Source: Azolla caroliniana
Taxonomy: Eukaryota > Plantae > Polypodiophyta
Direction of reading: 5' to 3'
Length of the DNA: 64,000 nucleotides
NCBI GenBank assembly: GCA_043228905.1
Contig: JBHGNT010000016.1
Span: forward strand, 16,864,001 to 16,928,000
Shown: positions 13,872 to 25,244 of the stretch, in pieces
How positions within the stretch are numbered: the first letter of the stretch is position 1
How the letters are laid out: the number at the start of each line of letters is the position of its first letter
Notes under the pieces: model-generated
What the model was told of the DNA's origin: nothing
The model's database searches: none
The model's input: the letters and a program-made list of their open reading frames with translations, nothing else
Position numbers and translations under genes: made by a program

Positions 13872-16800
13872 TGTCGTGAAGAAAACCGGCCCTAAGAGGA
13901 ATCAAGGAATTAAAGGCGTGAACCCGCCCTTTCACGAGTGTGCGCGAATTAATACATTGTACATAACTAGGAATAGGACGACTGATGTAAATATACTAGG
14001 TATGACATGTTTATTAGCTAGGAAATCAATGCGTATCTCTGTCTGAAGGGACAAAGAATAAAGTTGATGTGTTTTGATGTAACGGCCGCCTTGGCGACTT
14101 ATCAAAGGAAGGGGAGAAGAAGAAGAAAGGATCGTGTTTTTTAGGCGAGGAGGAAGTGATGTCGAACTAGGGACTGAGCTCTCTCCTCCACGGTTGCTCT
14201 TCACTACGTTTGTGTGTCGGTTGCCTATGCTGCGTGTAAGCCCGTGTGCTTCCAGTAGAGGCTCCACCGTGCATTCTCTGTGTCGTCTGTGTGTGTGCGT
14301 GGTACCTCCTTTGGGGTCTGTTGCCGGCTTTCCGGTTGTAATCGTTGTTGACATTGTAATTGAATCTTCCATTCCCGTCTCTCTCTCTGTGTTTCTGTGA
14401 ATCACTTTCCCTCTTCTTTCTCATGCCCCTTGGTTTAGGGCCCCCGCGGTACCGTGTCATTTCACATGCGAGAACGTAACAACACGATATCTTTGGTGAA
14501 CCTGACGTGAAAGAAGGCGGCCAAGGAGTTGAAGATGAGGGGATCCAAGCTTGCTGAAGCTATGGCAGTAGCCGTCGATCAGCTAGTGAGTGCTCGTGAG
14601 GAAACGGGTGCCCTTGATAGGGCCGTAGAATTGATTGTCGGCACCATAGGCCGATTCGGTGGGAAGAATGCCACGAGCTATTTGGAGGCGTATTGGACCG
14701 AAATGATCATGAGGGAGATCCCGGAGGATAGACAGTTGTCCGGATTCCCTCGAGTGGTGACACCGAGCATCCACATGGAGGTGTTCGAGGTGCTGGCCGG
14801 ATGCCAACCTTGGGTGGAACTCGAGGGGCGGCTCCTCGAGAAGTACGGGTACGACAATTCGCTTAGGCTGTCAAAGCGGGACTTCATGGCTTGGGTTGAG
14901 GGCCCTGGAATGGGGAGGAGAAACGGTTCGTTCGGTTGTCTGCGCTGGATCGGATCATGCTCGACACGAGCAGGGTCTTGTTGTTCGTCAAGTCGGGGCA
15001 CGCATTGGATCCAGAGAAGGTGGGTCTCCTTTTAGAGACGGATGAAGGCCTCACGGGCGACTTTGCCATGGTCAAAGAAGTCTGTGCCCGCTTTGACAAG
15101 CAACGCGAGTGGAGCGATGAGGGCTCGTCGGCGTTGGGGTCGGTCCCGGCGAGGAAGCTCGAGGAGCCGGTATCGGTGCCGACTGGGAAGGAAGAGACTC
15201 AGAATTGGCTCAAGATGGGCCCAGCCTCGAGCGGAGTGTTCAAAGGTTTCTCCGGAGGAGCGGCTCTGGAAGAGCTAACGCAAATGGTGCGCGACCTCCA
15301 GATCGCACAAGCACGGAGGGACGGCAACGATCAACCTCGTGACCGAAGGCCGCTGACGGGGCAGCGATGCATGTGGTGTGACGCTGTCGGTCACATTCGG
15401 AAAGAATGTGCGGATTTCGCAGGGGCACTTCGGACCAATGTGGTCTACCTCTGGAATGGGCGAGTGCATGTCGGTGACACGCGGAAAGCCCTAGAGTTGA
15501 ACACCAGGCGTGGTGGGATGAAGGGTTTGATGGAAGAAGCCGCGACGCGACATGCAGAGGCCGTCCACTACTCTGCGTCGGCGGGTATCCGAGTTGGAGG
15601 TAAGGAAGATCGAAAAACGAAGGACTCTGGCTTCTAGCCCTGGGTGCTAGAAGGCCTCTCCGGGGTACGGCTAAAGAAGGATGATCCAGTTGAAGAAAAG
15701 ACTGGCTTCGTGGAAGCCGCATGTTAGAACTACGAAGTTTTGGTAGAAGACAATTGCGCGGGAAAGGCCGGAGCCGCCGGGCCCTCACAGCGGTATGAGA
15801 CCCGGCTCGGGCAGAAGCAAAACAATGCCGGTAACCCCGGCATACTGGACAAAACGAAGCGGGCCGGGTACCGGCTGAGCACAGAGATTGAGAGGTCAAC
15901 GGACCTACGAACGGATCCTTGATAGCAAGGTGGAGCTGTCCCTGAGGGAGGTTCTCGGGATCGCCAAGAAGGAGTTCCACGATTCCATCGTGGACTTGGT
16001 GAAGCGAAAACAGCTCTCGACGGAGCCGGAACCAGAGAAGCCGGTGGAGGTGCGAACCGCGCACCTGGAAGACATGGCCATAGAAGATGAGTTGGCGGAA
16101 AGCCACTATTCGAGGTTGCACTTGGCCAGGGCCACTATGGAGACCCCTGTTCAGATCGGGGATGTGCAAGAGCCGGTGGTGGCATTGATAGACCACGGCT
16201 CGGAGATCAACCTGATGTCTATGGCCTTCTACAAAAAGGGGAGGTGGCCAATAAACACCAAGCACGGGTAGAAGATACGCGCGGCGACATGCGCTACGGA
16301 GGAGCTGCATGGTGCGTGCCCGAATCTATAGGTAAAGATCGGCGGCGTTGAGATAGATCAACACTTCTTTGTGCAGGAGACCTCCTCGCTCTCGGTGATA
16401 CTCGGCGATCCATACATTACGGCGGCACGGATGGAAACGAAGGTGCTTGACAACGGATCAGTGTACGCGTGCGTGAAGAGACAGGACGGACAACGCTCCG
16501 TTCAATTTTTTACAGTGAGGCCGAACCATGAGCATAACCGAGAGACCCTCGGCGGCGAGAGCCGAGGGGATTTTTAGAGAGGGCTATCAAGGCATGGGGC
16601 CGTGATAGTGCGGACACCCCAGAAGAACCCCACACATGTACCATAGATAGGAAATTTTGGTTCTCTGATAATGGAGGTTGTACTATAGCCGACATCAGTG
16701 GCCGGGAAAAGAAGCGGGTGGAAGAAAGACTCAGGGCGTACGGAGTCCTTAGCCCTCACGAAGAGATACCTTCGATGATACCTTGGGGATATTACGCGAG

Positions 16801-16925
16801 GTTGTTGAAGGAGGCCTTAGTGAAGACCGGGCAGTTCCAGTTAGTTCAGTGGAGATGTACGAAGTCATCGCTGACTTCGGGGGAAGGGTCGGGTCCGATC
16901 GGATGGCCCACGTGGATACCAAGTA
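13872..16925 (+). mobile_element. Ty3/gypsy 5' half with tRNA-Trp PBS (5' LTR 13872-14489, gag, protease), truncated before RT
   Basis: LTR TGTCGTG...CACGATA; PBS TGGTGAACCTGACGTGAA 14494-14511; gag CMWCDAVGHIRKEC; protease ALIDHGSEINLM; ends at VDTKY. Confidence 0.85.
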
Positions 16926-16926
16926 C

Positions 16927-17427
16927 GAGCTTTCGTCAAAAGATGTGGGTCCGTCGAACTTTGATCTTTCATCTAAGGATGTGGGTTTGACAAACATTGA
17001 CCTTTCGTCAAAGGATGTGGGTTCGTCGAACCTTGAGGGTTTGGCAGACTTCCAACTTTCGTCGAAAGATATGGGTTCGTCGAACTTTGAGGGTTTGGCA
17101 AACTTTGTCCTTTCCTCGAAAGATGATGGGTTCGTCAAAAGATGTGGGTTTGGCAGACTCCAATCATTCGTCGAAAGATGCGGGTTTAGCAACCTTTGAT
17201 CTTTTGTCGAATGATGCTTCCCTTATCGAACTTTGATCTTTGCACGAACATTGAGGGGGAAATTTGAATTTTTTGGCGCCAAAAGAAAATTAACTTAATT
17301 AAAATGTGAAATAATGAGAATAAAAAACAGAAAATTAAGTTAATTTAAATGTGAAATAGTGAGCATAAAAAATAGAAAAATAACTTAATTAAAATGTGAA
17401 ATAGTGAGCATAAAAAATAGAAAATAT
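16927..17427. repeat. ~500-bp copy of 19767-20240 (palindromic minisatellite plus 45-bp AT-rich tandem repeat)
   Basis: Near-identical runs ctttcgtcgaaagatgtgggttcgtcgaac and aaaattaacttaattaaaatgtgaaatagtgagcataaaaaatag. Confidence 0.9.
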
Positions 17428-19004
17428 TGACCCATTCTTCGAGCTGGTCGAAGTTTAGGCTCGGTAGGCTAAGCGATCTTTCATACTGTTCGTGTCGTAT
17501 AAGGTTGATGTACTCTTCCACCTTTTGTTTTTCAGTCACTTGGTTCGGTTATGCTGCTAGGTGTGCTGGCAGGTATTGCTTAGGATTGACGGGTATTGTT
17601 TCTACGTCTCTCTCTGGTTCTTGATCTTGCTTTGAGGCCTGCATGGATACATTTTTTTGGTATTTTCGTCTCTTACACATAGTCGTGGGGAGGCCTTGGT
17701 CATGATACTTTAAGTTATCAGCTACTCTCTGAGCTCATGTGATGACATTGGCACCCATCGTTGAGGGTACGATAGATAACAGATTTGCCCCAACATGTTT
17801 CTTTTTTTCTAGGCAATCAGGTACTAAGTGCTCTTTACCACACCTTGGGCATGACACTTCTCATTGGAACCACTCGAGAAGGTCATGTGACTGATGGGTG
17901 AGACTTTGTACCTGTGATTGTGGGGGTGTTTCGAGTGGGGGGTGTCGTGGTCGTTGGCATTCGGTTGTAATACTCACGTTTGCTTGGGCACTCGCTAACC
18001 ATGTGTGGGCCTTGGCAATTGAAACATTTCAATTCTGACCTCCTTAGACCATTATTGTAGTGATATCCCATGGACGACCCCCTTTGTTCCCCTCTCAAGA
18101 TGTACACTAGTATTTGGTTGCCTTCGAATTCTACAAAGTGGGAAAACACCTCTTCTTCAACACCATACTCTCGGTATGAGTCTTCGTATTCGGGTGCGTT
18201 GCCCCTGACCTGGGTTTGCTTATCGGTGGTATATTCTAGTTCGACGATGCGAGTGCCGATACGTGGTAGTGGGGGTTGTTGGGGAAGTATTGCTAGTAGT
18301 TGTGGGTGACTAAGCGGTGGAGGGGAGCGTGGGTGCTCCACCATTGGTGTTTGGCAATACCTTCCGTTTAGGGCTTGCCAACAGTTCTCATGAGAATGCA
18401 TCACGAAAGTTTTGCACCACTTACAATATTGTGGCCATCACTGCTAGAGGGGGGGCCACTCATGCCCCGTGTGGTGGCCATGGCATACCACACACTTTAC
18501 ATTTTCCCGTTGGGCATATGCTTGGGGTCTTTCTATGCGTGGTGATCTCAGTGGAGTGGGTGGAGGGGAGTCTAAGGGTTTCTCACGATTGTTCATAGGC
18601 GCTTAAGTGGGTATCCGTAACCCACTCATTGAATCCTTGAAGGTCATCACTACTGTGCTAGCTTCAGCGAACGATCGACACATACTGGCAATCAAGAAAT
18701 TCTGGAGCGTTTGATCGAACAACCCATTGATGAAGTGGCTGATCAATTTGTCATCTGACATCTTGTCGCTCGGGCTACAACGATGGTAGCCCCTGACCAT
18801 CTTGTCGCTCGTGCGGTGTATGTAGCCCTTGACCATCTCTGTAGGTGAAGTTTTTGTTGCAGTCGTGAGAATTTGTCTTTCCTTTCTGCAAAAACGTCTT
18901 TGATATCTCGGGTAATGCTTTCCGGTTGTCCACCTTTCTCGAGTTGCATCGTCCATATATTGATTTTTTGTTTTATCACACATATCCCGTATGAGTCGCT
19001 CTAC

Positions 19005-19386
19005 ACTAAATGTGCATGTGATGCTTTTCTAATCATGCTTTTATTTGCTAAATATAGTGCTCATGCACGCTAGATGTGCATGAGTCACTTTTTAGTTGCT
19101 TGCGTTTTTCTATAAAATATTCACGCACTGTAAAAATGCATGATTTACCTTTTAATAAAGGTAGGCACAAATAAAGCACTTATAGTTATTAAATCTATTT
19201 GTAGAACACTAAAGATAAGGTAGCATAATGGTAAAGTTGAAGTTTATCTATGTGGAGGTGCAGGGTTCAAATTTTGCCTTATGCACATGATAAATATTTT
19301 GATATATTATTTATTTATTTATATGTATCTAAAATCGGATATATTATTTTATGGTTTTCACGTAGTATGTGGAATACACTACGACA
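19005..19386 (-). mobile_element. Partial gypsy LTR (U3 end) flanked by a ~110-bp direct duplication of host gag
   Basis: Ends ...CACTACGACA like the LTR ends at 30397/47732; 18893-19004 repeated at 19386-19497. Confidence 0.6.
19214..19283 (+). ncRNA. tRNA-like (Pol III A/B box) module in partial LTR
   Basis: Acceptor-like ATAAGG/CCTTAT; A box TAGCATAATGG; B box GGTTCAAAT; 70 nt. Confidence 0.6.
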
Positions 19387-19734
19387 ACGTCTTCGATATC
19401 TCGGGTAATGCTTTCCGGTTGTCCTCCTTTCTCGAGTTGCATCGTTCATATATTGATTTTTTGTTTTATCACACGTATCCCATATGAGTCGCTTTACTCT
19501 GAGCGGATCTACCGTGGGGCTCTCTTGTAGCGGGGGCATGTTGAGAGGTGTTGTAGTTCCTGGGCTCGATGGGAGGTTCATATTTGGTAGAGTCCCTAGA
19601 GTTAACCACCCTCCGTGGTATCGAGTCGGGTTAGATGGATCAACATTGTGTGTTTGGTTGGTTTGTGTGGACTCCTCCTAGCATGTGGGTCGGGTTTTGA
19701 ACATCTTGGTCCATGAGGATCTGGCCATGTTCTC

Positions 19735-20312
19735 TTTTGTCGAATTTTGTGGGTTTGGCAAACCTTGAGCTTTCGTCGAAAGATATGGGTCCGTTGAACT
19801 TTGATCTTTTGTCTAAGGATGTGGGTTTGACAAACATTGACCTTTCGTCAAAGGATGTGGGTTCGTCGAACCTTGAGGGTTTGGCAAACTTCCACCTTTC
19901 GTCGAAAGATGTGGGTTCGTCGAACTTTGAGGGTTTGGCAAACTTCGTCCTTTCGTCGAAAGATGATGGGTTCGTCAAAAGATGTGGGTTTGGCAAACTC
20001 CAATCTTTCGTCGAAAGATGTGTGTTCGTCGAAAGATGCAGGTTTGGCAACCTTTGATCTTTCGTTGAATGATGCTTCCCTTATCGAACTTTGATCTTTC
20101 GACGAACATTGAGTGGGAAATTTGAATTTTTTGGCGCCAAAAGAAAATTAACTTAATTAAAATGTGAAAAAATGAGAATAAAAAACAGAAAATTAACTTA
20201 ATTGAAATGTGAAATAGTGAGCATAAAAAATAGAAAAATAACTTAATTAAAATGTGAAATAGGGAGCATAAAAAACAGAAAATTAACTTAATTAAAATGT
20301 GAAGTAGTGAGT
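19735..20312. repeat. Palindrome-based minisatellite (19735-20105) and ~3.7 x 45-bp AT-rich tandem repeat (20145-20312)
   Basis: Recurrent CTTTCG-T-CGAAAG and GTTCG-T-CGAAC; unit aaaattaacttaattaaaatgtgaaatagtgagcataaaaaatag. Confidence 0.85.
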
Positions 20313-22039
20313 ATTTTATTTAACACAAATAGTGGTTTCCTTTCGATTTCTTCCCTCGTTAGGTGCGTTTTCTACGAGTTTTTGACCACTCAAAGTCGGC
20401 TTCAAGCGCCGGTCGTATCCCCGTCAATGACGCCAAATAGATGTGTAAGATCTATGTATTGATGTAGTTAACTCCTCGATGTCGTTTGCAGAGTTCAGAC
20501 TAGCGTATACCCTTTTGATGGCGAATCGGGCGAAGATGGTTGTCGGACACCTCCAAGCCTCACACTCACATAACGATTAATAGATGATTAAGCACGATAT
20601 CTCTCTCAAGCTCGTTCTCATAGACAATAGGGTAATGAATATAGACAATAGGAGTAATGAATATGTTATTAACCCTCCTTGCTGAGAGGTCTAGCATCAA
20701 CAAGGAAGAGAGATTAGTGTTCTCCAACTAAACACTTCACTAATCTCTCTTAAGCTCAAAGGTTACAAGAAGGAGAGGAAGCTCTAGCTCTTAATCAATA
20801 GGGATATCTTTACAAATGGAAAAACCCTAACAAAGCCACCACTATGTGGTTTATATACCATTTACATTTAGGGTGTCCACGGACCTTTCACACTTGGGTG
20901 TCCCTTAGTCCTCTTTCCTCTTGTCGTTCCCTCTTCGTAGGTCCTTTAGCCATACTACGTTCTTGTCAGTGCAGTCTTCTTCATTACCGGTCATGGTGTG
21001 ATCCTAACGCTTAACAAGTACAACCACATGAGTTCCCCTATTGTTGTTCTACTTATAGATTTGAGTGTGCATAACATAACCACCATTTGTATCAATTTGT
21101 GGCTTCTGTCACAATTGTGCAAATTACAACCACCATATTTGGATGTATATGTGCATACCTCGCACCATCCATTTATTTGTGACATTTTTTTAGTAGGTAG
21201 CACATGGGTTTTTTGACCCTTGTTTTCGTCACTACTTGCCTCTAATGGGTAGTGCCTTATTTTATCGCTTTTGTAAAAACATTTGTGTGTTACTTGCGAG
21301 TGCATTTGTTTTTTCACGTAATACACTTTCTCGACCATATCAATACATGTTGGGTTGGCATTCTAATATAAGGCTAACTAGGAAACTACATTGATGTTAG
21401 AACCATGGTTGAGCCTCGGGGAGTTGCCATGATTATTCAAGATAGAGATCCGAGAAAGACATCTTAGTTATGTTTTCCCCCATGATTTTTAAAACACCAT
21501 AGTGGTACCATAGTTATCGGATCTCGAATCACATCTCCTATGTCTAGAGGGGGTAAAGACATGAGATGCTTTCTTGGTAAAGTTCTTCCAATCAAAATTT
21601 CGAGTAGTCATTTTGTTTGTGTATTTTTTGAACCTCCTTATTTATATTGCATACCCACATCTGGCATCATGGAACAAGTTTTGAACGTTGTTGGACCAAT
21701 CTCTCCAACCGAGACCTCTGAACTCCAATCTGCATCTCGCACACAAGCTGAGATCACTATTGAGCAATTGCTCACTACCACCTTGAATCAATTGGCCGAA
21801 ATGAGGTAAGCCAATATGGCATTGGAAAAGAAATTCCAAGAATTGACTATTGAGTCCAAGAAAGAAGGTGAGCCTTCTTTCGTAGTAACGCCATTCAAGG
21901 GAGATAAAAAAGAAAGAATTGAGGAGGCCATTAGCACTTGGCTTGGTCATTGGGAGTGTCACTTTGAGCTCCATCCCAAGGCTCAGTGGTGAGTTAGGTG
22001 GCCGAGCTACTGCTTGGTGGCGTGGCCTAAGGACTGCAA

Positions 22040-24720
22040 AGAACTTCGATCTTTCATCCTTGGTTATATGTACAAAACACTTACACCCAAACACAAGTAA
22101 GTAATCATAAGAGACATATTTACCATACCACACTCTATTTGGTACATCACCTTGCAATGCGGTAGTAGGAGATAGATTAATTATATGTGCAATAGTATTC
22201 AAAGCCTCACCCCAAAATGATTTGGGTAACCTTGCATTTGAGAGTAAGCACCTAACTCTTTCAACTAGGGTTCTATTCATTCTTTTGGCCAAACCATTTA
22301 ATTGGGGAGTCTTAGGAGGGGTTCTTTGATGCTTGATACCTTGCTGTCAACAATATGCATCGAAAGATCCACAGTATTCGCCACCATTATCGGTGTGAAT
22401 ACATTTCAGTTTCTCCCCTGTCTCTCTCTCAACGGAAACGTGAAACTCTTTAAAAACATCAAATACTTGATCTTTTGATTTCAACATTCAAAGCCAAAGC
22501 TTCCTAGAATGATCATCAATGAAAGTAACAGAATAAACTCCTCCACCTATTGACCTTACCTTTAAGGGTCCACACACATCGGAATGCACTAGCTCGAGTA
22601 CACTTTCTTGCCGAAGAGAAGAATGCTTAAAGGAAACCCTCTTACCCTTCCTTGCTAAACAATGATCACATGTATCTAATTTCATATTTTTTAAACCTGG
22701 TAGGACGTTCTTTTTAGCTAGAAAGTCAAGTCCCCTTTCACAAATATGGGACAATCTCTTATGCCACAATTTTGAAACATCTTGATTCTCAAGTACATTG
22801 ACAAAGAAAGTAGAGATAGAAGCTTGTAAAAGATATAAACCATTGTGACAACATTGATTAGCTTTTGCAACAATCAAAGAACCCTTACAGATTTTCCACT
22901 TACCAGTTTGAGATGCATGGCTATAACCCTTGTCATCTAATGTACCTATGGAGATTAGATCCAATCTAATATCAGGCACGTGTCGTACTTGATGTAGAAT
23001 CAACTTAAATCCCGTGTTGGTTTGCAAGCAAATGGTTCCTATGCCGATTACCTTTGTGAATCCATCATTCCCCATCTTCACAACACCATAGTCATCGAGA
23101 GTGTAAGATGAGCAAAAATCCCTTCTAGACGTAACATGGTGGGAGGCACCACTATCAAGAACCTAAGTGGTTTCATGGCTACTTATGTTGATTTCATTGT
23201 AACTTGTACATACAACAAGAAAATCATTAGAGGAAGCAACATTAATAGAATCAATATTGTCATTTACATTTTTCTTATCTTTCATGTAGTTCGACACTTC
23301 ATTTTCCTTCTTTCATTTGAAGCAATATTTCTTTATATGACCTGTCTTACCACAAAAATGACAAACTAAATCTTTATATTTAGACTTTGACTTACTTTTA
23401 CTTCTACCTTTGTTGTTTCGGCCATCACTTCTGTTTTGGCTTCGTCCTCTATTTTCAACAACAAAGGCTTCCGAGTTTGATGCTGCTCCTTGCATCCTTC
23501 GCCGCATTTCTTCATTTAGAATTCCACTCTTCACATGTTCCATTGTCATACCTCCCTTAGGAGCCGCACTAGTTAGAGTAACTCTAAATGTTTCCCATGA
23601 CTCGGCAAGAGTATTTAACAACCATAAAGAAAGAACTTCTTCAAAGTTTATACCCATACTAGACAATTGATCAAAACAACCTTGAAATTCATGTAAATGA
23701 TCTAAAACGGACTTATTTTCTTTATAAGTCAAATGCATCGCTTGTTTGAGTAAAAACAACTTATTGTTACCGGTTCTAGAAGCATATAAGTTTTCTAATT
23801 TATTCCACAACGTCTTTGCATTTGTTTCATTCACAACATGATTCAAGACATTATCTCCTAACCATTGACGAATGAAACCACATACTTGTTCATTTTCAAA
23901 ACCCCACTCCTCATCATTTTTCTTTTCAGGTTTAATCTTTGCAAACACAAGTAAATGCACATTTTTAACGAAAAACAAATCTTTCATTTTTCCTTTCCAT
24001 TTTTGAAAGTTCGTGCCATTTAAAACAACCATTGTTGATGTTTTTGCCTCCATTTATAATGGAGTAAAAAACACAACCTCCACTCTGATACCACTTGGTG
24101 AGGTATAGACACGTAAGAGTGTAACACGCGTCACGTTTTATGCTCGATTATAATGAAAAAAGGACCACAAAATACACACAACGACACAATAAAGATTACA
24201 CAAGATTTAACGTGGAAAAACCCTCAATGAGGGAAACAAGCACGGGACAAAAGTCCAAAACCAATCCACTATCACCAAAGAGATACAACATAAATACAAA
24301 TTCTACCTCTAGATATACTAGAGATAAGTAGAGATATAGCAAAATACTACCGACAAAGGTGGTACAATAATCCAAAGAGATAAGGCTAGCTCACAAGCAT
24401 ATAAGTGCAAAGAAAAGAGAAGAAACCCGGATAAGAAAGTTCACAAGTCGAAGTAGTCGCCGTGTACATCTCACGTTGAGTAGTGGAGATTGAAAGGAGA
24501 TAGAAAATAGATGAGTTAACCACCAAGCTTAGTACTACTTCATTCTCTTTATCTCTCTCAAAACAAAATGGTCGTTTTGTTTTGTTTTCCCCCTTCTTCT
24601 TCTTTTTTCTTTTCTTTCTTTCTTTACATACTAAAAAACGTAACTTACATTACCCTTTTAAAGAAATAATGGAAGGGTAATAATTACTAAAGAAACAAAA
24701 CGTTGGTTTTGTTTTATGTT
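22040..24720 (-). mobile_element. Ty1/copia (Tnt1/Tork-like) 5' half: LTR from 24096, gag, protease, integrase; RT absent
   Basis: PBS CTCTGATACCA 24083-24093; gag ORF 23313-24053 with CHFCGKTGHIKKYC; ELVHSDVCGP, FIDDHSRKLW; LTR far boundary approximate. Confidence 0.85.
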
Positions 24721-25091
24721 ACTATCGAGTATCTACTAATAAAGAAAAGAAAACACAAAATAGTGACCGGAGAGTAGGATACATTAAGAGAGAGTAGTAG
24801 AATAATCTTAGAGTACTCAATGCCATTTTCCAAAGTCGCAAAAGCAAACTACAATTTTGATATAACGATGAATAATATGCTGGCTTAATCCACTTCATCA
24901 CCACTTCATCATCTTCTCTTAATTTAGTGAACGTAGAAGGAGCATATGTACTCTTGTCGTCACTCGAATTACTTGTCGCCATAAAAGGAGGAAAAGTCTT
25001 CCCTTGCATAACTTTAGTCCATCCTCTTTCATTGGCTTGACATGTGTCAACTCAAATACGAGCGTTATATACATATATAGACACACCACAT

Positions 25092-25112
25092 GGGGGGGGG
25101 GGGGGGGGGGGG
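25092..25112 (+). promoter_or_regulatory. G21 homopolymer ~130 bp upstream of the kinase ATG
   Basis: 21 consecutive G followed by GCACGCATGCAC; regulatory role is inference. Confidence 0.3.
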
Positions 25113-25244
25113 CACGCATGCACATAGAACAGAGACCGTTACACAATTGTGTGATGGAACGTTCGACTGGATAATAATAATTCATGTAACGATTACTTAC
25201 TTCATGTCGTTTGGAGGGCATCCTCCTCCACCTCCTGCTGCACC

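Larger units (their letters stand above)
17428..21340 (-). mobile_element. Athila-like gypsy 5' portion (LTR from ~20442, tRNA-Asp-type PBS, repeat-rich leader, decayed gag)
   Basis: PBS TGGCGTCATTGACGGGGA 20418-20435 (15/18 to TGGCGCCGTTGCCGGGGA); gag KLISHFINGL, knuckles CFNCQGPHMVSEC and CPRCGKEHLVPDC; right LTR boundary approximate. Confidence 0.65.

Noticed and set aside
15240-16310. 356-aa minus-strand ORF as an extra antisense gene
   Set aside because: Antisense shadow of GC-rich gag/protease sequence with no recognisable motifs
16749-20105. Repetitive ORFs (16749-17192, 16783-17199, 19640-20057) as novel repeat proteins, or the repeats as CRISPR
   Set aside because: They are open frames through a stop-poor minisatellite on both strands, with no unique spacers or domain features
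21495-21900. Possible + strand gag start after a PBS-like TGGTACCATAG
   Set aside because: Too short and decayed to support a call
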